Below, one piece after another: positions 59,339 to 64,000 of a stretch of 64,000 nucleotides of DNA; the stretch's first letter is position 1; each line of letters opens with the position of its first letter. The stretch comes from Octopus sinensis. Its lineage: Eukaryota. Position numbers and translations under genes: made by a program. A model generated the notes under the pieces. It did no database searches, was not told where the DNA came from, and worked only from the letters and a program-made list of their open reading frames with translations. The stretch is from assembly GCF_006345805.1 (NCBI RefSeq), contig NC_043007.1, forward strand, positions 23,064,001 through 23,128,000, in the 5' to 3' direction.

Positions 59339-59934
59339 GAATATGCTTCAACACACGAACTCATATAAAGAATCTTGCAAACCAAATCCCAAAACGAAAT
59401 ATCTATCTGTATGTATGTCTATATGGACAAGTATCTTCTACTATATGCCTTGCGAATAAAATTTTGTTGTATCTTGGGAAGGTCATTATGCCAGTACTAA
59501 ATACACGCATCGGTTCTTTTTTTTTTTTTTTACTTTTATTAGTTAACAAGTTAACAGTCCTGGAGTTGAGAGGGTATGTCATTCATGAGGTCGCAAATGG
59601 CGACGAAAGGACTCTGAGGAACCTAACTAATTGATTGATTAACCGAACGATTAAGAAAACAATCGATTAAATTAAGAAAACAATCGTGTAAATGGTTTAA
59701 TAGACGACCAATAATTATAAAAGAAGTGCGTGTGTCTATCATTGGTAGAATGCCCCTCCCAAGATACAACAAACGACTTCACATCAAGAATCTTGTAAAC
59801 TAAAAACAAAAAAACGAGTAAAATTTAATTTCAGCAATAATTTTGATCATATTCATTGCCTAAGATTACCTTAAATTATTTTACTTCCAATTATTGTTTA
59901 TAATTAATGGTCATTCCGTAGAGTTAACTAACTC

Positions 59935-60345
59935 TTTACTCTCTCTTTTACTCTTTTACTTGTTTCAGTCATTTTGACTGCGGCCATGCTGGAGTACCGC
60001 CTTTAGTCGAACAAATCGACCCCGGGACTTATTCTTTGTAAGCCCAGTACTTATTCTATCGGTCTCTTTGCCGAATCGCTAAGTGACGAGGATGTAAACA
60101 CACCAGCATCGGTTGTCAAGCAATGCTAGGGGGACAAACACACACACACAAACACATATATATATATATATATGTACTTATATACGACAGGCTTCTTTCA
60201 GTTTCCGTCTTCCAAATCCACTCACAAGGCATTGGTCGGCCCGGGGCTATAGCAGAAGACACTTGCCCAAGATGCCACGCAGTGGGACTGAACCCGGAAC
60301 CATGTGGTTGGTTAGCAAGCTACTTACCACACAGCCACTCCTGTG
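59935..60345 (-). mobile_element. SINE family A
   Basis: Full-length copy. Confidence 0.87.
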
Positions 60346-61083
60346 ACTGAATGACACACTTCTGTTCGTTTTGTTAGTCCTCATAATTTTGAACCAGATT
60401 TAGTCAGTCTGGCTTCTGATGAAAGCAATAAACATATTTTTGGTTTCATGAGTGTGTTCCTGCCAGAAACTCACATGCATCGAGCTCGAGATTTAATGCA
60501 TGGCTGGAGGTAATTTAGTATATATAAACGAAGCTTATATTCTAGGATACTAATTAGATTTAAGTGCGATGTATATTTAATATATCAATATCCTGAATTT
60601 GATAATATGTTTTTTCCTGGTTCATCGAGTACTTTCTAAAGCCTTTGCATATGAAATATTTCCTTTAATCAGGATAAATTTTATTTCATCAGTATTTTTA
60701 TCATAATACATTAAGTACGTTGAACTGAAATTGTTTTGCTGCCAATTTATGTAACTACAGATCTTACTGTGATGTCATTTACAGTCAGGCGGACTGACTG
60801 AAAAAGAAGACGTTTTCGGTTCATTTTGCTAATTTCTGTATATTAGGTATCTCATGTTCTTAGTAAAGGTAATAACATATTTGGCTTTGCATGTATGTTC
60901 CTACAATTACCACACATATTTTATTTTAATACATATAGATAAGCTGAGTATATCTGATATTCCAATATTCTGGAATAAATGGTGCTTTTTCCCCCGTGTT
61001 AATTGAAGCCTTTGAAATTCATTTAAAAATGAAATATTTCTTGTTATTTTGAGAAATTTTATTTCAGTATAACATACGTGTGT

Positions 61084-61315
61084 AAGGCGGCGAACTGGCA
61101 GACACGTTAGCACGCCGGGCGAAATGCGGAGCCGTATTTCGTCTGCCGTTACGTTCTGAGTTCAAATTCCGCCGAGGTCGACTTTGCCTTTCATCCTTTC
61201 GGGGTCGATAAATTAAGTACCAGTTACGCACTGGGGTCGATGTAATCGACTTAATCCGTTTGTCTGTCCTTGTTTGTCCCCTCTGTGTTTAGCCCCTTGT
61301 GGGTAGTAAAGAAAT
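61084..61315 (+). mobile_element. SINE family B, full length (best reference copy)
   Basis: AAGGCGGCGAACTGGCAG head, B box GAGTTCAAATTCC, central domain, GCCCCTTGTGGGTAGTAAAGAAAT tail. Confidence 0.88.
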
Positions 61316-61359
61316 ATATAATATACGTGTGTGTGTGTGCATATATATGTGTGTGTGTG

Positions 61360-61665
61360 TGGCTTAATGGTTAAGGTATTCAGCTCACGTTCGTGAGTTC
61401 GATCCCTGGCAGCGCGTTTTATCCTTGAACAAAACACTTTATTTCACGTTGCTCCAGTCGACTCAGCTGGCAAAAATGTGTAATTCCAGTGTTTCAAAGG
61501 ACCAGCTTTGTCACATTCTCTGTCACACTGAATCTCCCCGAGAACTACGTTAAAGGTACGTATGTTTTTGAAGTGCTCATTCACTTGCACGTTAATTTCA
61601 CTAGCAAGCTGTTCTGTTGATCGGATCAACTAGAACACTTGACCTTATAACCGACGTTGTGCCAG
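61360..61665 (+). mobile_element. SINE with family E head/CORE block and family C tail
   Basis: CORE-like CCTTGAACAAAACACTTTATTTCACGTTGCTCCAG followed by the GAGAACTACGTTAA...GTTGATCGGATCAAC tail. Confidence 0.7.
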
Positions 61666-62164
61666 TAAATTGTAGTTATTCCTATTTTGATAGTCTTGTA
61701 CTTCGATAGTTTTTCGACTTGAAGGGTCTTGATGTTTATCGCTTTTGAAAGGGTATGATTTTTATCGATTTCCTATATTTCATAATAAAATATTTGTGTA
61801 GTTCCATTCGATTTATTAAGTCTATCTAGATTAATAAATCGAATGGAACAATCCAAATGGAACAAAATTTTAAAAATTACAAGCTGTGACAGCAACAGAG
61901 AGGGTCCGCAGATTTTTAACCTTTGAACCTTCAAGGTTAAAGAATCAAATGTTAGAATGGGATCGAATTAGCTGACTTAACTCGCTCTTACAAATCCGTG
62001 GTAAAACTGTTATGTATCAATAATAATATGTCATCAACTTAAGAATGGCATTCAAATAACTAAAACATAAAAACAAAAACATAGAAAACGAACTTTTTTT
62101 TCAAACAACGAAAAAACAACAAACAGAGAAATGAGACATGCAACATAAAGAATATATGTATGTG

Positions 62165-62207
<43 letters not shown>

Positions 62208-62297
62208 AGAGTTCACGAAAAAAAAAACAAAAGACGAAGACTGGTGGTGTACGAAACAAACAGATGTATTTGTATAACGCTCAGGAATTGAAAAAGT

Positions 62298-62333
62298 CTT
62301 TTACATTTCGAGCCTACGCTCTTCTACAGAAAG
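62298..62333 (-). ncRNA. Minimal hammerhead-like motif
   Basis: CTTT-CTGTAGA-A-GAGC-GTAG-GCTC-GAAA-TG-TA-AAAG; A6>U change in the core. Confidence 0.3.
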
Positions 62334-62386
62334 GGACACAGAAAAAAACAAGGAGAGAAAAAAATGTGTGTAGTGGCGACCGATCT

Positions 62387-62423
<37 letters not shown>

Positions 62424-62697
62424 TGCCCGCGAGTGTCCCTCTACACCGCTTGTCAACGGTTGTTGGCTTATTCACATCCCTGTAACATAGCAGATCGGCA
62501 AAAGAGACCGATAGAATAAGTTCCAGGCTTAATGTAAATATTGGTGTCGATTTGTTCGACTAAAACTATTGATGACCACTATTCTTTGAGTGAAACGAGT
62601 AAAAGATAAAACATAAGACTATAACCGATCTCAAGAATGTAAACTGACTGCTTCCATCACTGATAAAATGATTTGCAGTATATTTTCCCCACTAAGT

Positions 62698-63085
62698 GGA
62701 TGGAGGCACTCTGTCGGTTACGACGATGAGTGTTCCGGTTGATCCGATCAACGGAACAGCCTGCTCGTGAAATTAACGTGTAAGTGGCTGAGCACTCCAC
62801 AGACACGTGTAGCCTTAACGTAGTTCTCAGGGATATTCAGCGTGACACAGAGAGTGACAAGGCCGGCCCTTTGAAATACAGGTACAACAGAAACAGAAAG
62901 TAAGAGTGAGAGAAAGTTGTGGTGAAAGAGTACAGCAGGGATCACCACCATCCTCTGCCGGAGCCTCGTGGAGCTTTTAGGTGTTTTCGCTCAATAAACA
63001 CTCACAACGCCCGGTCTGGGAATCGAAACCGCGATCCTACGACCGCGAGTCCGCTGCCCTAACCACTGGGCCATTGCGCCTCCAC
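62698..63085 (-). mobile_element. SINE family C, full length
   Basis: 12-bp TSD TCCCCACTAAGT (62686-62697, 63086-63097); very similar to 46554-46931. Confidence 0.9.
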
Positions 63086-63511
63086 TCCCCACTAAGTATG
63101 CATAACGTGGCTTCTGAAAACATTCGATCGCATTGTATTTCTCCATGAACAATTTGTGTGGCTTAAGTTTCTTGCTGAAAAAGTCAGTAACTTTCCCAAT
63201 CAGTATTTCGAATTTCATTGAATATCAATTTATTTAAAAATGTGGAGAGGGAGTAGTGGGAGGAGATGAAGGTAGAGAGGAGAGAGAAAGGGGAGAGGGC
63301 GAGAAAGAGAGGAGATAAGGGAGAAAGGGAGTGAGAGATTTCCCGTTTAAGGGTTTAGATTAGAAGTGTCTTTCGGGCATTTTGAAATTTATCGTTTTGT
63401 CTTTTTATATTTCCTTCACGTTACTTCCGTTTAGATATTTCCATGGTATTTCTGTTTTGGCCCGTCCTTTTATTTTATGTAATTACTACAATCTATTTTG
63501 TCATTTAACAG

Positions 63512-63513
<2 letters not shown>

Positions 63514-63574
<61 letters not shown>

Positions 63575-63599
63575 CACACACCACACACAAACACGCACG

Positions 63600-63635
<36 letters not shown>

Positions 63636-63779
63636 AACACACACACACAAACACACACACGCACACACACACACAACACACACACACCACACCACACACA
63701 CACACCACACACACACACAACACGCACGCACACACACAAACACACACACAACACACACACACACACACACACACGCGCA

Positions 63780-63854
<75 letters not shown>

Positions 63855-63858
63855 ACAG
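63514..63858. repeat. Interrupted (CA)n microsatellite
   Basis: Direct observation; source of the HT/CV dipeptide ORFs. Confidence 0.95.
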
Positions 63859-64000
63859 AATTGATCGGGCCTGTAATCAGATTTATTTGTCAAATACATA
63901 TTCCAGTCGGTTGAAATTCAATTCTAATGAAATTCATGCTTCGTCATTTTTTCCCAAACAATCTAATATATTACCACATGAATGTTTTTATCAATGATAT

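Noticed and set aside
59575-59620. Hammerhead-like TTCATGAG-GTCGC-AAATG-GCGAC-GAAA
   Set aside because: Good stem II, but two core mismatches, G at the cleavage position and no stem I
63382-63914. His-Thr and Cys-Val dipeptide ORFs
   Set aside because: Translations of a (CA)n microsatellite

Overview
AT-rich, repeat-dense eukaryotic (animal) genomic DNA. The repeat complement looks like an Octopus genome, an inference from recalled repeat families that I have not checked against a database. There are two convergent host genes. (1) The last nine coding exons of cytosolic isoleucyl-tRNA synthetase (IARS1) on the + strand, 101-11300, form a phase-consistent GT-AG chain and include a twice-repeated C-terminal UNE-I module. 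(2) A lamin-tail-domain gene (LMNTD1-like) on the - strand has four phase-consistent exons between 40526 and 33389; its 3' end is unresolved. The rest is introns and intergenic DNA filled with at least five tRNA-derived or RTE-tailed SINE-like families (called A-E here), two CR1-type LINE fragments and an internally deleted Tx1/L1-type LINE with a 12-bp TSD. It also contains decayed mariner and DD37D transposons, hAT, piggyBac and Merlin-like MITEs, non-autonomous Helitrons, long foldback palindromes and microsatellites. Best leads: (a) several type-I hammerhead-ribozyme motifs with palindromic stem III (best at 21047-21138), probably Penelope/retrozyme-type remnants; (b) tandem compact H-type pseudoknots in the 5' part of SINE family D; (c) two SINE-LINE 3'-tail partnerships visible within the window, one with a Tx1/L1-clade LINE; (d) circularly permuted SINE multimers; (e) a Helitron-containing tandem array with filled and empty insertion sites. 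No CRISPR, rRNA or intact tRNA gene is supported. All folds were derived by hand and none has been computed or tested.
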